The notes: generated by a model from the sequence alone, not told the origin. DNA of 64,000 nt from an uncultured Nitrososphaerota archaeon (GCA_963718895.1 CAVRAG010000007.1:672001-736000); one strand, 5' to 3'; positions 20,168 to 30,087 are shown, counted from the stretch's first letter. Program-made: numbers and translations.

Positions 20168-20894
20168 GAGGAGGCTGAAGTCGCTCTGGGCGATAATGTA
20201 CTACCTCGGGTTCACTCCGATCATGAGGAACCCTCTCTTCATCCCGTTCGTCTTCTCGTCCCCGTTCACGCTGCTCTTCATACTCTTCGTGGCGAGCAAC
20301 GGGGCCGCGCTCCCCTACGGGCTGGCCGGGGCGCTGACCATGGTCACCACCCAGCTCGGGCTCTTCGTCGGGACGGACCTGGCTTCTTACAAGATCCAGA
20401 ACAAATTTCAGGATGTCGTCGTGGCTTCTCCGGTCTCTCCCCTCACCTACCTGTTCGGGGTGGCCATCTCGGAGCTGATCTTCGGTTCCCCCGCCCTCGT
20501 CGTGCTATTCGGCCTGATGGCGTGGCACGGAGCTTCGGCGGCCGCGCTGGCCACTTCGCTGGGGGTCGTCGCCCTCCTCTGGGTGACCGTGACAACCCTG
20601 GGTTTCTTTTTCTCGGCATATGCTCCGAACACCCAGAACGCGTTCATCATAAACGGGTTCATAGCGACGATACTCTCCGTGCTGCCGCCCGTCTACTACT
20701 CGATCTCGGTCCTTCCGCACTTCCTCGTCCCGATTGCTGAGATCATCCCAACTACGGAGGCAGCCTCGCTCTTCCAGGGCGCGATAGGGCTCGGCTACTC
20801 GATCAACCCCGTCTACAGCTTCATCATCCTCCTCGCTGCAACGGTGCTGCTCGTGCTTCTGGTCTCGTTCAAGATGAAGTGGCGCGAGACATAA
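20151..20894 (+). CDS. ABC-2 type permease
   Basis: Six TM segments; overlaps the end of the ATPase. Confidence 0.88.
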   Translation: MDTTARRRLKSLWAIMYYLGFTPIMRNPLFIPFVFSSPFTLLFILFVASNGAALPYGLAGALTMVTTQLGLFVGTDLASYKIQNKFQDVVVASPVSPLTYLFGVAISELIFGSPALVVLFGLMAWHGASAAALATSLGVVALLWVTVTTLGFFFSAYAPNTQNAFIINGFIATILSVLPPVYYSISVLPHFLVPIAEIIPTTEAASLFQGAIGLGYSINPVYSFIILLAATVLLVLLVSFKMKWRET

Positions 20895-20926
20895 GGTAGG
20901 TCACCGGCCTCGGCAACAAAAGTGTG

Positions 20927-21589
20927 CTAGCGATGAGGATCACAGAACCTTCGGACGTATTCCTGTGTCAAGCCTGCGGCAGCCTCCAGAGCTGGGTCGT
21001 CTATGCCGGGGACCCCGCACATCATGAAGAGGACTTTGGTCGTGTTCTCAGTCACCTTGCTGGCGTCCGAGTCCCTGTACGGGTACACCGCGATGAGATT
21101 GTGCAGACTCTGGTCTTCGACGACGACCTCGACTCCCGATAGTGAGTCAGGCGACGCCATCCCTATTCCGTGGAAAGGCTCGCCCTTCACCGCCTTTCTC
21201 ATTATCAAGGCGTCCTCCCTCACCCTAGACAGGTCGAAGGCAGCTATCGCTATGGAGGTCTCCACCGAGACGAGATTGTAGGCGTCGACGAGGGTGTTGA
21301 TTCGAGGAAGGTCCCTTCCCCCCAGGACCCTCCTCGTCAGAGCCTCTCCGGCTGGCCGAAGCTTCGTCGGATCGATGCCCACCCTCCAGAAGAAATCCCG
21401 ATAGGCCCTGAAGACGGGCTGGTTCTTGACCTCCTCGAGGGAGGCCGTCCGACGACGGACTCGATCCTGCACCTCGAGCTTGAACGACTCCAGGTTCGGG
21501 TCGGAGCTCCTCACGGTCAGATCCTGCATCTTCAGCTCGACCACCCTCAGCCCGGGGAAAGCCGACCGAAGCTCTGGGGAAAGTTCCAT
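20927..21589 (-). CDS. B3/B4 domain protein (PheT-like tRNA editing domain)
   Basis: AYRDFF..GIDPTKLRPAGEAL and INTLVDAYN motifs. Confidence 0.9.
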   Translation of the reverse strand: MELSPELRSAFPGLRVVELKMQDLTVRSSDPNLESFKLEVQDRVRRRTASLEEVKNQPVFRAYRDFFWRVGIDPTKLRPAGEALTRRVLGGRDLPRINTLVDAYNLVSVETSIAIAAFDLSRVREDALIMRKAVKGEPFHGIGMASPDSLSGVEVVVEDQSLHNLIAVYPYRDSDASKVTENTTKVLFMMCGVPGIDDPALEAAAGLTQEYVRRFCDPHR

Positions 21590-21651
21590 CCTTCATTGGA
21601 TGACACTCCGCTCATAAATAGAATCGCGCGTCGTAAATATCAATATTGTTA

Positions 21652-21669
21652 TATAGCGTATCTGTTATA
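21652..21669. promoter_or_regulatory. Putative ArsR operator
   Basis: Imperfect inverted repeat TATAGC-N6-GTTATA overlapping the TATA region just before the VOC-ArsR-SRPBCC operon. Confidence 0.5.
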
Positions 21670-21678
21670 CTATGACCC

Positions 21679-22089
21679 ATGGATGGGAAAGTGGCTCAGA
21701 TAACGGTCGTTGTGAGGAATCAAGAGGCGGCACTAGACTTCTACACAGAGAAGGTCGGTTTCGAGAAGAAGACCGACTTCACCCCGCCTGGAAGCTACAG
21801 ATGGGTCACCGTTGGCCCCAAAGGGCAGGACCTCGAGCTGGCGCTCTTCCAGGCCGGGATCGCAGACGCCAACAGCTGGTCGAGCCATTGGCGGCCAGGC
21901 AGCGCTCCCCCGATCGTCCTCCGCGTCGACGACTGCAGCAAGGTCTTTGTGGAGCTGAGGTCCCGCGGAGTGGAGTTCAAGCAAGCCCAGCCTGAGGAGT
22001 ATGCCTGGGGTATCTCCGCGACGTTCGCCGACCCCGATGGGAACCTCTTCTCAATCAACCAACGACGGTCATCCGCTTCCCGGTCCTAG
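21679..22089 (+). CDS. VOC/glyoxalase family protein
   Basis: ALDFYTEKVGF and FADPDGN motifs. Confidence 0.92.
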   Translation: MDGKVAQITVVVRNQEAALDFYTEKVGFEKKTDFTPPGSYRWVTVGPKGQDLELALFQAGIADANSWSSHWRPGSAPPIVLRVDDCSKVFVELRSRGVEFKQAQPEEYAWGISATFADPDGNLFSINQRRSSASRS

Positions 22090-22094
22090 AGACC

Positions 22095-22460
22095 ATGTCA
22101 CAAGAGGCTGAGGTCGAAAGTAACGCGGTCTTCGCGGCCGTGTCGAACCCGAGCCGCCGGAGAATCCTGGACCTCCTCAAGGCCGGTGGACGACCTGCAG
22201 GAGACCTGGTCGCGGCCTTTCCTGACCTCCCGCAGCCGGCCATCTCCAGGCACCTAAGGATCCTCCGCGAGGCCGGCCTCGTAACCGTGCTACCGAAGGC
22301 CCAGCAGCGCATCTACTCGCTTCGGCCCATGAAGCTCCGCGGCGTGGATGCCTGGGTTTCGCTCTACCGCGAGTTCTGGTCGAGCCGCCTCGATTCGCTA
22401 GCAACGCACCTGGATGGATCTGACGATGGAGATGCCAGTAGACGAAGGGAGGAGAAGTGA
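22095..22460 (+). CDS. ArsR/SmtB family transcription regulator
   Basis: VFAAVSNPSRRRIL and QPAISRHLRILREAGLV motifs. Confidence 0.93.
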   Translation: MSQEAEVESNAVFAAVSNPSRRRILDLLKAGGRPAGDLVAAFPDLPQPAISRHLRILREAGLVTVLPKAQQRIYSLRPMKLRGVDAWVSLYREFWSSRLDSLATHLDGSDDGDASRRREEK

Positions 22461-23134
22461 TGCCGCGAGATGAATTCGGTCCGATGGGAGCGGTCGTCGG
22501 AGAGGGGGCGTGGGCTACTCTCGTGTTCCGACGCCGACTCACGCACCCTCCCGAGAGGGTCTGGAGGGCCCTCACAGACCCGGCCGAACTGTCGGGCTGG
22601 TACATGACCAAGGCGACCATCGACGGACGCGAAGGAGGCAGCGTTGACCTCCTTGCAGGACCCTCGCGGTTGCACGTCACCGGCCGGATTCTGACCTGGG
22701 ACCCGCCTTGGACTTTCGAGCACGAATGGAAGGTCTCACCTCGGCCCGAGCTCCCGTCGGGCGAAGACGGTGTCATCAGGTGGGAGCTGAGCAGGGACGG
22801 AGGCGGGACCATACTGCACCTGGAACACAGGAAGCTCAACCGTCAGACCGCGCTCGGCTTCGCCCCGGGGACGCACGCGTTTCTGGACCGGCTCTCGGCC
22901 CACCTGGGTCAAGAGTCATTGCCGAACTGGCAGGAACGGTACCAGCAGGTGGCCCCCCAGTATCCCCCTTCGTGGCTGACGCGCTCAGGACCGGGACCCG
23001 GGCGCATCGCCCCTGTGAGACAGGTTGAAGACCCGGCGGCGTCTGCCCTGACTCCGAGACACAACCAGGGGCGGAGGGCCGTGCCCCTCAGTTCCCGTAG
23101 ACATCCTGGTTCTGTTGGATGTGAAGGGCCGTGA
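22457..23134 (+). CDS. SRPBCC/AHSA1 family protein
   Basis: HPPERVWRALTDP..L..W motif; the C-terminal tail may be spurious. Confidence 0.88.
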   Translation: MMPRDEFGPMGAVVGEGAWATLVFRRRLTHPPERVWRALTDPAELSGWYMTKATIDGREGGSVDLLAGPSRLHVTGRILTWDPPWTFEHEWKVSPRPELPSGEDGVIRWELSRDGGGTILHLEHRKLNRQTALGFAPGTHAFLDRLSAHLGQESLPNWQERYQQVAPQYPPSWLTRSGPGPGRIAPVRQVEDPAASALTPRHNQGRRAVPLSSRRHPGSVGCEGP

Positions 23135-23477
23135 AGGTGGGAATAGCCGCGGTGATGAATGCCGCATCCAGGATTCCTTCGTAGATGGGAAGCTGGAGCG
23201 CCTGGGTCACGTCCCACGAGAGATCGAAGACCGTGAGGGCGAGGATGAAGGCGTAGAGGGTCAGCCTGAACCCCTTGTTCCGCACGAACAGAGCGACTAC
23301 GACTATCGCGGCGCTAATCGCCAGGAACGACCCGAGGCAGTATGGAAGGGATATCTGAGACAGAGGGTTGAGCTCCCTTCCTCCGTTCGAGAGTACGAAG
23401 AGGGTGACCCCGGCGACCGAGACCTTCAGGACAAGCGCGGCGAGGACCATCTCCCCTGCCAGCCTCTCGACGTGCAT
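23088..23477 (-). CDS. Hypothetical membrane protein
   Basis: Four hydrophobic segments; ELNP motif. Confidence 0.65.
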   Translation of the reverse strand: MHVERLAGEMVLAALVLKVSVAGVTLFVLSNGGRELNPLSQISLPYCLGSFLAISAAIVVVALFVRNKGFRLTLYAFILALTVFDLSWDVTQALQLPIYEGILDAAFITAAIPTFTALHIQQNQDVYGN

Positions 23478-23992
23478 GGCGCGGCGCGGATGCAATCTGC
23501 TCCGATCCGCAACTGCGCCATCGATCAACCGCATCCACGAAAAAATGCCGAAGAAACAGCGCTTTTAACCACGTCATACGATTGCCACAACTGAGAACCA
23601 CACCCCGAGCGTGGGCGTGGTTCTTGACTCGTTCAGCCGAGGCGTCTCGTGAGTCTAGGCGAAACTGCCCCTGGCGCATCCTCTTCTCGCTGACGCCAGC
23701 CCTCCCAGCGTGGGCAGAAGCGCCGCGGCGATGGCTCCAGGCCCGAGGTATGTCCAAGAGATCGAGGAAGAGGAACTGGTGGAGGTAGTCGTGGTGTTTG
23801 GCGAAGAGGAGGCGAGGAGGTCGTCATGTGAGAGGATGTGGTCGAAGCGGGGAACACCACTTTGGACGCACCCCGAACTTGAGATGTTGGTCGTCGGAAT
23901 ATCCTCCGAGGCGGAGCACCTCAGGGGTGGAGGCGCGGGCCTGCCTCGTTGCGGTAGCCCGCGATTCCCCCGGCCCTGCTAGCGGTCCGCGC

Positions 23993-25087
23993 TCAGGTGG
24001 CGGCCAGGCCCGTCGCCGAACCTGGCAGTCCCGTCGCCGAAGATGTCTGTGCGATGCTTCCATCCTGGTAGACCTGGAAGGTCGTTATCGACCCACCGTT
24101 CAGGACATACAGGAGGGGGATGTGGTTGTTGCCGCCGAAGGCAAGGTCGAGGGTTGGGATGGACGTCTTGGCTGCGACGGAGCTGAAGAGACCCATCATT
24201 CCGTTCTCGGAGACCGCGTAGCCGGAGATCGTCCCTCCGTGGGCGTTGCTCGCATACACGTAATCCCCGTTAGGTGAGACGGCGACCCAGCACGGGGCAA
24301 GCCCGAAGTCAGGTATCGAGCCGCTCAGCGTCCGCAGGCTGCCACCGTCGGAGACAGCGTAGGAAGAGAGCGTCCCTGCCGCAGCCTCGCTCACGATCAG
24401 GTAGCCCTGCGGAGTGAAGGCGAAGCCGTAAGGGCCTGCCGAGTTCGAGGGCGTGATGGTCGGAGCGGACGGAACCGCCGACTTCCCGACAGAGTAGGTG
24501 TCGATCACTCCTGCTGCCTTCTCGGTGACGACGAGGACGTTCCCGTTGTTGCTGAACCCTATCTGCTCGGGAGAGGTGTTCGCAGCACCGCTCAGGGGTT
24601 GAACCGAGCCCGGGATGAAGGTCAGCGCTCCGCTGCCACTGAGGGCGAAGCCCGCGATGTTCCCGGGGACCGTCGACGTGCCGTTGTCCAGGACATAGAC
24701 CAGGTTCCCGTGCGTTGTGACACTTATCGGAACGTTGCCTTGGGAGCCGGTCACGCTCGCGAAGGTGAGGCTGCCGTCGGTGTTCACCCTGAAGACCGTT
24801 ATCTGGTTGCTCCCTGCGTCGACGACGAGGAGCCACTGTCCGTTCTCAGTCAGCGTGACCGCACCCTGGCTTGCGAGCTTCGATCCGGTGCCGCTGCCGT
24901 GGGTGGAGTATGTCCCTGCCAGACTCAGGACACCGTTGGGCCCCGCTTGGAACTGCAGGACGGAATTTGCCGCGGAGTTGTCTATTGTATAGACAGCCCC
25001 TACCTTTGCTGCGTTGGCCGTCGCCAGCAGCGGAGAAGCCGCCAGGATGGCCAGAACTAGAGTCAGACCCGCTAGAATCAGTTTCAT
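23993..25087 (-). CDS. Secreted lactonase-family beta-propeller protein (6-phosphogluconolactonase-like)
   Basis: Signal peptide, repeated blade motifs, SQGAV, PYGFAF and APCWV. Confidence 0.88.
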   Translation of the reverse strand: MKLILAGLTLVLAILAASPLLATANAAKVGAVYTIDNSAANSVLQFQAGPNGVLSLAGTYSTHGSGTGSKLASQGAVTLTENGQWLLVVDAGSNQITVFRVNTDGSLTFASVTGSQGNVPISVTTHGNLVYVLDNGTSTVPGNIAGFALSGSGALTFIPGSVQPLSGAANTSPEQIGFSNNGNVLVVTEKAAGVIDTYSVGKSAVPSAPTITPSNSAGPYGFAFTPQGYLIVSEAAAGTLSSYAVSDGGSLRTLSGSIPDFGLAPCWVAVSPNGDYVYASNAHGGTISGYAVSENGMMGLFSSVAAKTSIPTLDLAFGGNNHIPLLYVLNGGSITTFQVYQDGSIAQTSSATGLPGSATGLAAT

Positions 25088-25124
25088 GGTCCCTCGAAAG
25101 GTGAGCCAAATCTATTATAGCGTT

Positions 25125-25153
25125 TTTCAAGATTGGTTACAAATTAGTTCCAA
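25125..25153. promoter_or_regulatory. Upstream motif, copy 1 (TTTCAAGATTGG)
   Basis: Exact 12-bp match to 25564-25575; adjacent to the minus-strand TATA box of the beta-propeller gene. Confidence 0.6.
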
Positions 25154-25227
25154 AAGTATCCGTGGACGCATCCCTATTCCAGCGAGGGCGGGGTTCGAAC
25201 GGCGCGTCCTTCCCGGGCGATGACGAG

Positions 25228-25509
25228 CTACAAGGTTATCTTCAGGAGCGCCGCCAGGCCGAAGAACTCGAGGACGGAAATCACCGAGAGGTATGGAAGG
25301 GCCTCGCTCCCGAAGAAAGGGGCCATCGCGGAGTACGAATACACGGTCAGGAGGCTGTTCGAGAGCAGGAGAAGAGCGAAGAACATCATGCCCACCGAAT
25401 GAGCAGCCCTGCTCTTGACTGCGATCCGCGTGTAGAAGTACAGCAGGGCGACGAGTACGCCGGCATTGAGGCCTGAGAAGAGGATTGCCACCTCCATTAG
25501 AGTTTCCAA
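25228..25509 (-). CDS. Small 3-TM membrane protein, divergent partner of a wHTH regulator
   Basis: Three hydrophobic helices. Confidence 0.8.
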   Translation of the reverse strand: METLMEVAILFSGLNAGVLVALLYFYTRIAVKSRAAHSVGMMFFALLLLSNSLLTVYSYSAMAPFFGSEALPYLSVISVLEFFGLAALLKITL

Positions 25510-25563
25510 AATCGTTGTCCTTGAGTCTGTGAGCCCGCTTTTGGCTTCGAACGTATAAGTCTA

Positions 25564-25594
25564 TTTCAAGATTGGGGAGGAAGATTTGCTCCAA
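25564..25594. promoter_or_regulatory. Upstream motif, copy 2 (TTTCAAGATTGG)
   Basis: In the divergent promoter between the membrane protein and the wHTH gene. Confidence 0.6.
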
Positions 25595-25626
25595 CGATTA
25601 AATATAATGAATCGTTCGCGGACCTC

Positions 25627-25941
25627 GTGCAGGACAACCCGGACCTGCGTCGCCTCCTGTGGTACTTTCTTGGCGCGACCAGGGGTGGAGAGACCAGGGC
25701 GCGGCTCATCCACCAGCTCAGGACCAAGCCCGGGAACATGAACCAGCTCTCGAAGCGGATAGGAGTGGAGTACAGGACGGTACAGCACCACATGGAGATC
25801 CTGAAGAAGAACGCCCTCGTGGATTCGACCGGGGAGTCCTACGGGGTGACCTACTTCCTCACTCCGTGGCTTGAATCCCACATCGAGATCTTCGACGACC
25901 TCTGCGTCAAGCTCAACTTCAAGCTTGACGAGCAGAGATGA
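25627..25941 (+). CDS. Winged-helix (ArsR-like) transcription regulator
   Basis: LLWYFLGATRGGETR...NMNQLS...YRTVQHHMEIL...YGVTYF. Confidence 0.9.
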   Translation: MQDNPDLRRLLWYFLGATRGGETRARLIHQLRTKPGNMNQLSKRIGVEYRTVQHHMEILKKNALVDSTGESYGVTYFLTPWLESHIEIFDDLCVKLNFKLDEQR

Positions 25942-26029
25942 AGGGGCCTTCACGAACCCGACCCAGGTGCGGGTCGTTCTTGGTCTTAAACGGTTAAATC
26001 ACATATGTTGTCTAGCCTCTTGCGTGGAG

Positions 26030-26481
26030 ATGGCCGCTGGGATCGGAGAGGTAAGGAAGCACCTCGCCTGGTCCAACACCACCGTAGCCATATTCTCGTT
26101 CTCCGCCGCGGTCATTGTTCTAGTTGGGTCCTATGCTGCCTACGGCTCGGGGGGCTAGGTAGCGCCATCTTCTCAGAAGCACAGACTGTGGTGGAGATAC
26201 TCTTCTTCCTCATGGTCTTCCAAGGTGCGTACTATCTCCTCGTCACCAGGGGCATGTTCCAGCTCTCGGCCGAGGTGAGTGTTTACTCGGTCATCGATGC
26301 TGAGAGCACGTATTTCATCGCGTTTTCTGCCGCAGCGTCATCCTGCGTGTACATTGTTTCCGTGGTCGGGCACTTCTCCAACAGCGTATCTGCTCTGACC
26401 GCAGCCACAATTCTGGGATTGTTGTTCGTCATTCAGCTGGCCTACGTGACCATAAGTGGGAGACGTGAAGGTCGGAAGTAG
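26030..26481 (+). CDS. Hypothetical membrane protein, split by a frameshift in a G-run at 26149-26154
   Basis: MAAGIGE...YGSG joins LGSAIFSEAQ if one G is added. Confidence 0.6.
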
Positions 26482-26962
26482 AAGGTCAGCCGGCATCGCG
26501 GCGGTGCCCGTATTAGCCGTTCTCGTGATAGTGACCGCTACGCTGGGGGTCGGCATATCGACCACTATCTATGCCAACGGACCGACAACCACCAGCTACG
26601 TCACCCTCACCACGACGGCCAGCCCGATCACGTCCACTGTGACGACTCCACAAATCCTGACCGTAACGAGCACGCAGATCAACAATGAAACCCAGACCCT
26701 GACTTCGACGACGATCTCCACTACAACCACCACTACGACCACGACCTCGGTCGCGACCACGACGGCCATCCCGAGCACAACCACGGTGACGACCATACAA
26801 TCCACGACCCTCACGAGCACCCAGACCCAGACCCAGACCTCGACCCAAACCGTTACTCAGACAGTCACTCAGACCGTTACCCAGACCAACACTGTCACCG
26901 AGACGGTAACGGTCACAGAGACCGTGACGACGACGAGTTCAGGGAGCGGCGCAATCGGCTAG
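26456..26962 (+). CDS. Thr-rich membrane-anchored/secreted protein
   Basis: N-terminal TM followed by an almost pure Thr/Ser/Val/Gln stalk. Confidence 0.75.
   Translation: MGDVKVGSRRSAGIAAVPVLAVLVIVTATLGVGISTTIYANGPTTTSYVTLTTTASPITSTVTTPQILTVTSTQINNETQTLTSTTISTTTTTTTTTSVATTTAIPSTTTVTTIQSTTLTSTQTQTQTSTQTVTQTVTQTVTQTNTVTETVTVTETVTTTSSGSGAIG
26818..26930 (+). repeat. Coding tandem repeats (ACCCAG)n and TQTV/TVTE units
   Basis: acccagacccagacccagacc followed by 12-bp TQTV-coding units. Confidence 0.7.
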
Positions 26963-27052
26963 GAGCGGCCAGTCTCCTCTCTTGGGAGGTCCCTGGCCGC
27001 GGCGCACGGGTGGGCAAAACGTCTTATTACCGGCCCAAGGGTCTTATCCGTC

Positions 27053-27622
27053 ATGTCCGCTCCGATCGCATATGTCTTTTGGCACTGGCCCCGTCCCGGG
27101 ATACCGGCAGAGGAGTACGAGTCGAAGTTGGGTTCGTTTCTGCGCGTCCTGAGTGAGGAGAAACCCGTTGGCCTCATCGAGGCGCTGAGCTTCCGGGTGG
27201 ACGCCCTGCCTTGGAGTCCCCAGCGCGGCAGCCTGTACGAGGACTGGTATGTCGTCGAGGGCTTCTCATCGCTCGGCGCTCTAAACGAGGCCGCTGTCGG
27301 CGGAGAGACCAGGGGGCCGCACGACTCGATCGCGAAGGACTATCTGAAAGGGGCCGGGGGGATACTCAAGGCGATAGGGGGAGAGCTTAGCCTGCGAGAA
27401 GCGCGCTACGCCACCTGGATCGAGAAGCCAATCGGGCCATCCTATCAGTCGTACTATCAGGAGGTTGCAGGGGTCGTGGGGAACAGGAGGTCGGACCTGT
27501 GGCGACGACAGATGGTCCTCGGCCCGTCCCCCCAGTTCTGCGTGCACAGCGAAGAAGCTCTGCAGATTCCGGAGAATCTTCGTCCCATCAGATCGAAGCT
27601 CGACCTGGTCAAGTCTGAGTGA
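27053..27622 (+). CDS. Hypothetical protein
   Basis: Clean ORF with YVFWHW, YEDWY and LWRRQMVLGP; TTATTA upstream. Confidence 0.8.
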   Translation: MSAPIAYVFWHWPRPGIPAEEYESKLGSFLRVLSEEKPVGLIEALSFRVDALPWSPQRGSLYEDWYVVEGFSSLGALNEAAVGGETRGPHDSIAKDYLKGAGGILKAIGGELSLREARYATWIEKPIGPSYQSYYQEVAGVVGNRRSDLWRRQMVLGPSPQFCVHSEEALQIPENLRPIRSKLDLVKSE

Positions 27623-27694
27623 GTGGAAGGCAGGAACGAAGAAGAGGGGAGAGCCTCCTTGGATAGGGGAGCGTCTCCCGACCTGCGCGGGTAT

Positions 27695-29935
27695 CTACGG
27701 GCCTACGAAGTTGACCGAGCTTCCCCAGTTCGCGAACGGGGTCCTGGTTCCGCCACACGTCGGGTCGCTGAGGAAGACCTTGTCGCTGCAGTTCGGGTAC
27801 TGGATGTACTCCGTGGCGAAGTAGGTCAGGCCCGGCCCCTTGGTCTGTGGGACGAAGATTGCTTGGCCATAGTCTCCCCATCGCGGTCTGGTCCCGAGGG
27901 TTCCGGGCGCATAGCCCAGGTACTCGCTGAAGCCGTCCTGAGGCGCCTTGCCGAGGTCGGCTACGTATATCTTGTTGCCCTGGACCGCGGAATCTCCTCC
28001 CAGGCGGGCGTACGCCGTGCTCGGGTAGAACCCGCCGCTGTTGGCTGCAGTGGGGCCGCCATTGCCGGACAGCGTGAACGCTATCACGGCGCCGTCGCTG
28101 CCGCCCGCCGCTATGGCCGGGAACTCGATGTCCTCGTGGATCGCAGAGACGTAGCCCTGGTTCGCTATTGAGAACGAACTCGAGAAGAAGTTGGAGCTTG
28201 TGGCGGCGTCTGGATTCCCGAAGCCGCCGGTGTTGATCATCCAGAAGGCGGCGCCCAAGTGGAGCTCGCTCGAGACTGCTTGACCTGGGCCGTGCTGGCT
28301 GAAGGTCTGGTCCACAACCGTGCTGATTGCCGTCCAGAGCTGGCCGTCCGCATAGGAGACCTGGGTGACTCCATCACCGTTGGTCGCTATCCCAGACTCG
28401 GGGCATGGGGAAGCGGTCTGCCCAGGGATGAGGTTGCAGTTGTCTCCCAGGGGAATCGGGCCTGCCTTTTGTGGACCGAGGCCGCAGAAACTGGATATGC
28501 CCGAGTTGACGAGACAGGGTGCTCCCTCATCCATGTAGGTCGTCTGGCTGGTCAGGAGCTGACCGCCGAACGTTATGATCTTGCATGAGGCGCAGGAGTA
28601 CGTGTTCAGGCTCGACAGGCCCGACCAATCGAAGACCGCGATGCGGTTGTCGCCCGCGCCCAAAAAGTCGAGGGAGGCGAGCATGTACCCATTGCCTCCA
28701 TCGCTGAAGATGGAGGATGATGACGCGCCGAGGGATGCGGACGTTGACGCGACCGGAGATTGCGCTGGGATGACCTGATACCAGCATACGGATCCGGCAT
28801 AGGTTCCGCTGAAGCAGCTGGCCGCATCCGGCTGGAACTGACCGTTGGCTGGGATTGGGTAGAGGTTCGGGGAGTCGCCCATGTTTTCGTAGGCGGCGTT
28901 GAACTTCGGGTTGGAGGGTGAGAGGCCCTGCTCAAAGGCCGCCTTGCTGAAGGCCAACTCCTGCGCCCCGTTGAAGGTGTTGCAGCCGAAGGCTGGGCAC
29001 GCCGGATATGTCGAAGGGTTCTGGTTGAACTCATCGTAGAAGAGCAGGAACGCGTCGTTCGTGGTTCCTATCTTAGCGAAGTCGTTGAGGAGATACCCCT
29101 TGCCTGGGTCGTTGTTGACAGCGTTCGGGTTGAAGAAGTAGACGTTGTACGAGCCCATGGGATTGCTGGTCGCGCTCACGGCGATTCCCTCAAGGCAGGA
29201 GTTCAGGACGCCTGCGAAGCACCCGGTGAACGGCCCTCCTGAGGCTTCCGTGTTGGTGGAGACGAACTCTGTAATGAACCAGTGGCCACCGCTACCCGAG
29301 TCGTATAGGCAGGATATGTCGCCGCCGCTGCTCCAGCCCGCCGCGGTGAGGCCCATCAGGGTGTCGAGTGACACGACCCCCGAGACGGGAGAGAGGCCGG
29401 AGTTGTAGACCTGCAGCTCACCCTGGTTTAGTATCTCCATGACGTAACCATTACCGCCGCACAGCCCCTGGTCTGGGGGCTCTATGACGCCGCCAAACTG
29501 GGAAGCGTCGCTGACCGCGCTCAGTGCGTAGGGGTTGGACGTCGCGCCGCCCGACCCGAGGCTTATGCTATCGCAGCCATCGGAGAGAGGCTGGCAGCTG
29601 ACCGTGGGAGGGACGGTCTGGGGGTGTGATGGGGGATCGCTGACAGCAATGTCCTTGGCGACGATGGGTTTGGGGTTCTGCGCGGGGATTACATTCGATC
29701 CCGCGGCTCCGGCAGCCAGAACCAGCGAGTGCGGTGTTGGAGTGCTGAAGGGAGACGTCTGGGTCGGGCCGGTGAGGAACGCTCCTGCGGAGCCGACGTA
29801 GCTCGGCGCACCCGGCTTGAACGAGGTGACCGCCGTCGTGCTCGGCTGCGCGGTCGCAAGCGGCAGAGCGGCGCTGCTCGACAAGAGGAGCGCCAGGAGG
29901 AAGAAGCTAGCAAGAGATGAGATGGAGAGCCTCAT
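27695..29935 (-). CDS. Large secreted hypothetical protein (746 aa)
   Basis: Signal peptide, EPPDQGLC, paired Cys residues and RWGDY near the C-terminus. Confidence 0.85.
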   Translation of the reverse strand: MRLSISSLASFFLLALLLSSSAALPLATAQPSTTAVTSFKPGAPSYVGSAGAFLTGPTQTSPFSTPTPHSLVLAAGAAGSNVIPAQNPKPIVAKDIAVSDPPSHPQTVPPTVSCQPLSDGCDSISLGSGGATSNPYALSAVSDASQFGGVIEPPDQGLCGGNGYVMEILNQGELQVYNSGLSPVSGVVSLDTLMGLTAAGWSSGGDISCLYDSGSGGHWFITEFVSTNTEASGGPFTGCFAGVLNSCLEGIAVSATSNPMGSYNVYFFNPNAVNNDPGKGYLLNDFAKIGTTNDAFLLFYDEFNQNPSTYPACPAFGCNTFNGAQELAFSKAAFEQGLSPSNPKFNAAYENMGDSPNLYPIPANGQFQPDAASCFSGTYAGSVCWYQVIPAQSPVASTSASLGASSSSIFSDGGNGYMLASLDFLGAGDNRIAVFDWSGLSSLNTYSCASCKIITFGGQLLTSQTTYMDEGAPCLVNSGISSFCGLGPQKAGPIPLGDNCNLIPGQTASPCPESGIATNGDGVTQVSYADGQLWTAISTVVDQTFSQHGPGQAVSSELHLGAAFWMINTGGFGNPDAATSSNFFSSSFSIANQGYVSAIHEDIEFPAIAAGGSDGAVIAFTLSGNGGPTAANSGGFYPSTAYARLGGDSAVQGNKIYVADLGKAPQDGFSEYLGYAPGTLGTRPRWGDYGQAIFVPQTKGPGLTYFATEYIQYPNCSDKVFLSDPTCGGTRTPFANWGSSVNFVGP

Positions 29936-29986
29936 GCTTTCGTACTGACCCGAGTCTAGGAAATTATTTAAGCGCCCAAGAAAATC

Positions 29987-30007
29987 TTCTAGTACTTTTC
30001 TCTAGAA
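29987..30007. promoter_or_regulatory. Inverted repeat TTCTAG-N9-CTAGAA
   Basis: Upstream of the minus-strand TATA box (TTAAATA near 29968) of the 746-aa gene. Confidence 0.45.
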
Positions 30008-30087
30008 CAATAACTCACCGTCTCCTCGGATCCTTCGCGCTCTCCACCTTGTCGCCTTTAAGGCGGTTCTGCGGGACTCCGGAGTCA

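Noticed and set aside
26800-26940. Short repeats as a possible CRISPR array or non-coding repeat
   Set aside because: They are codon-phased repeats inside a Thr-rich CDS, with no spacers and no cas genes
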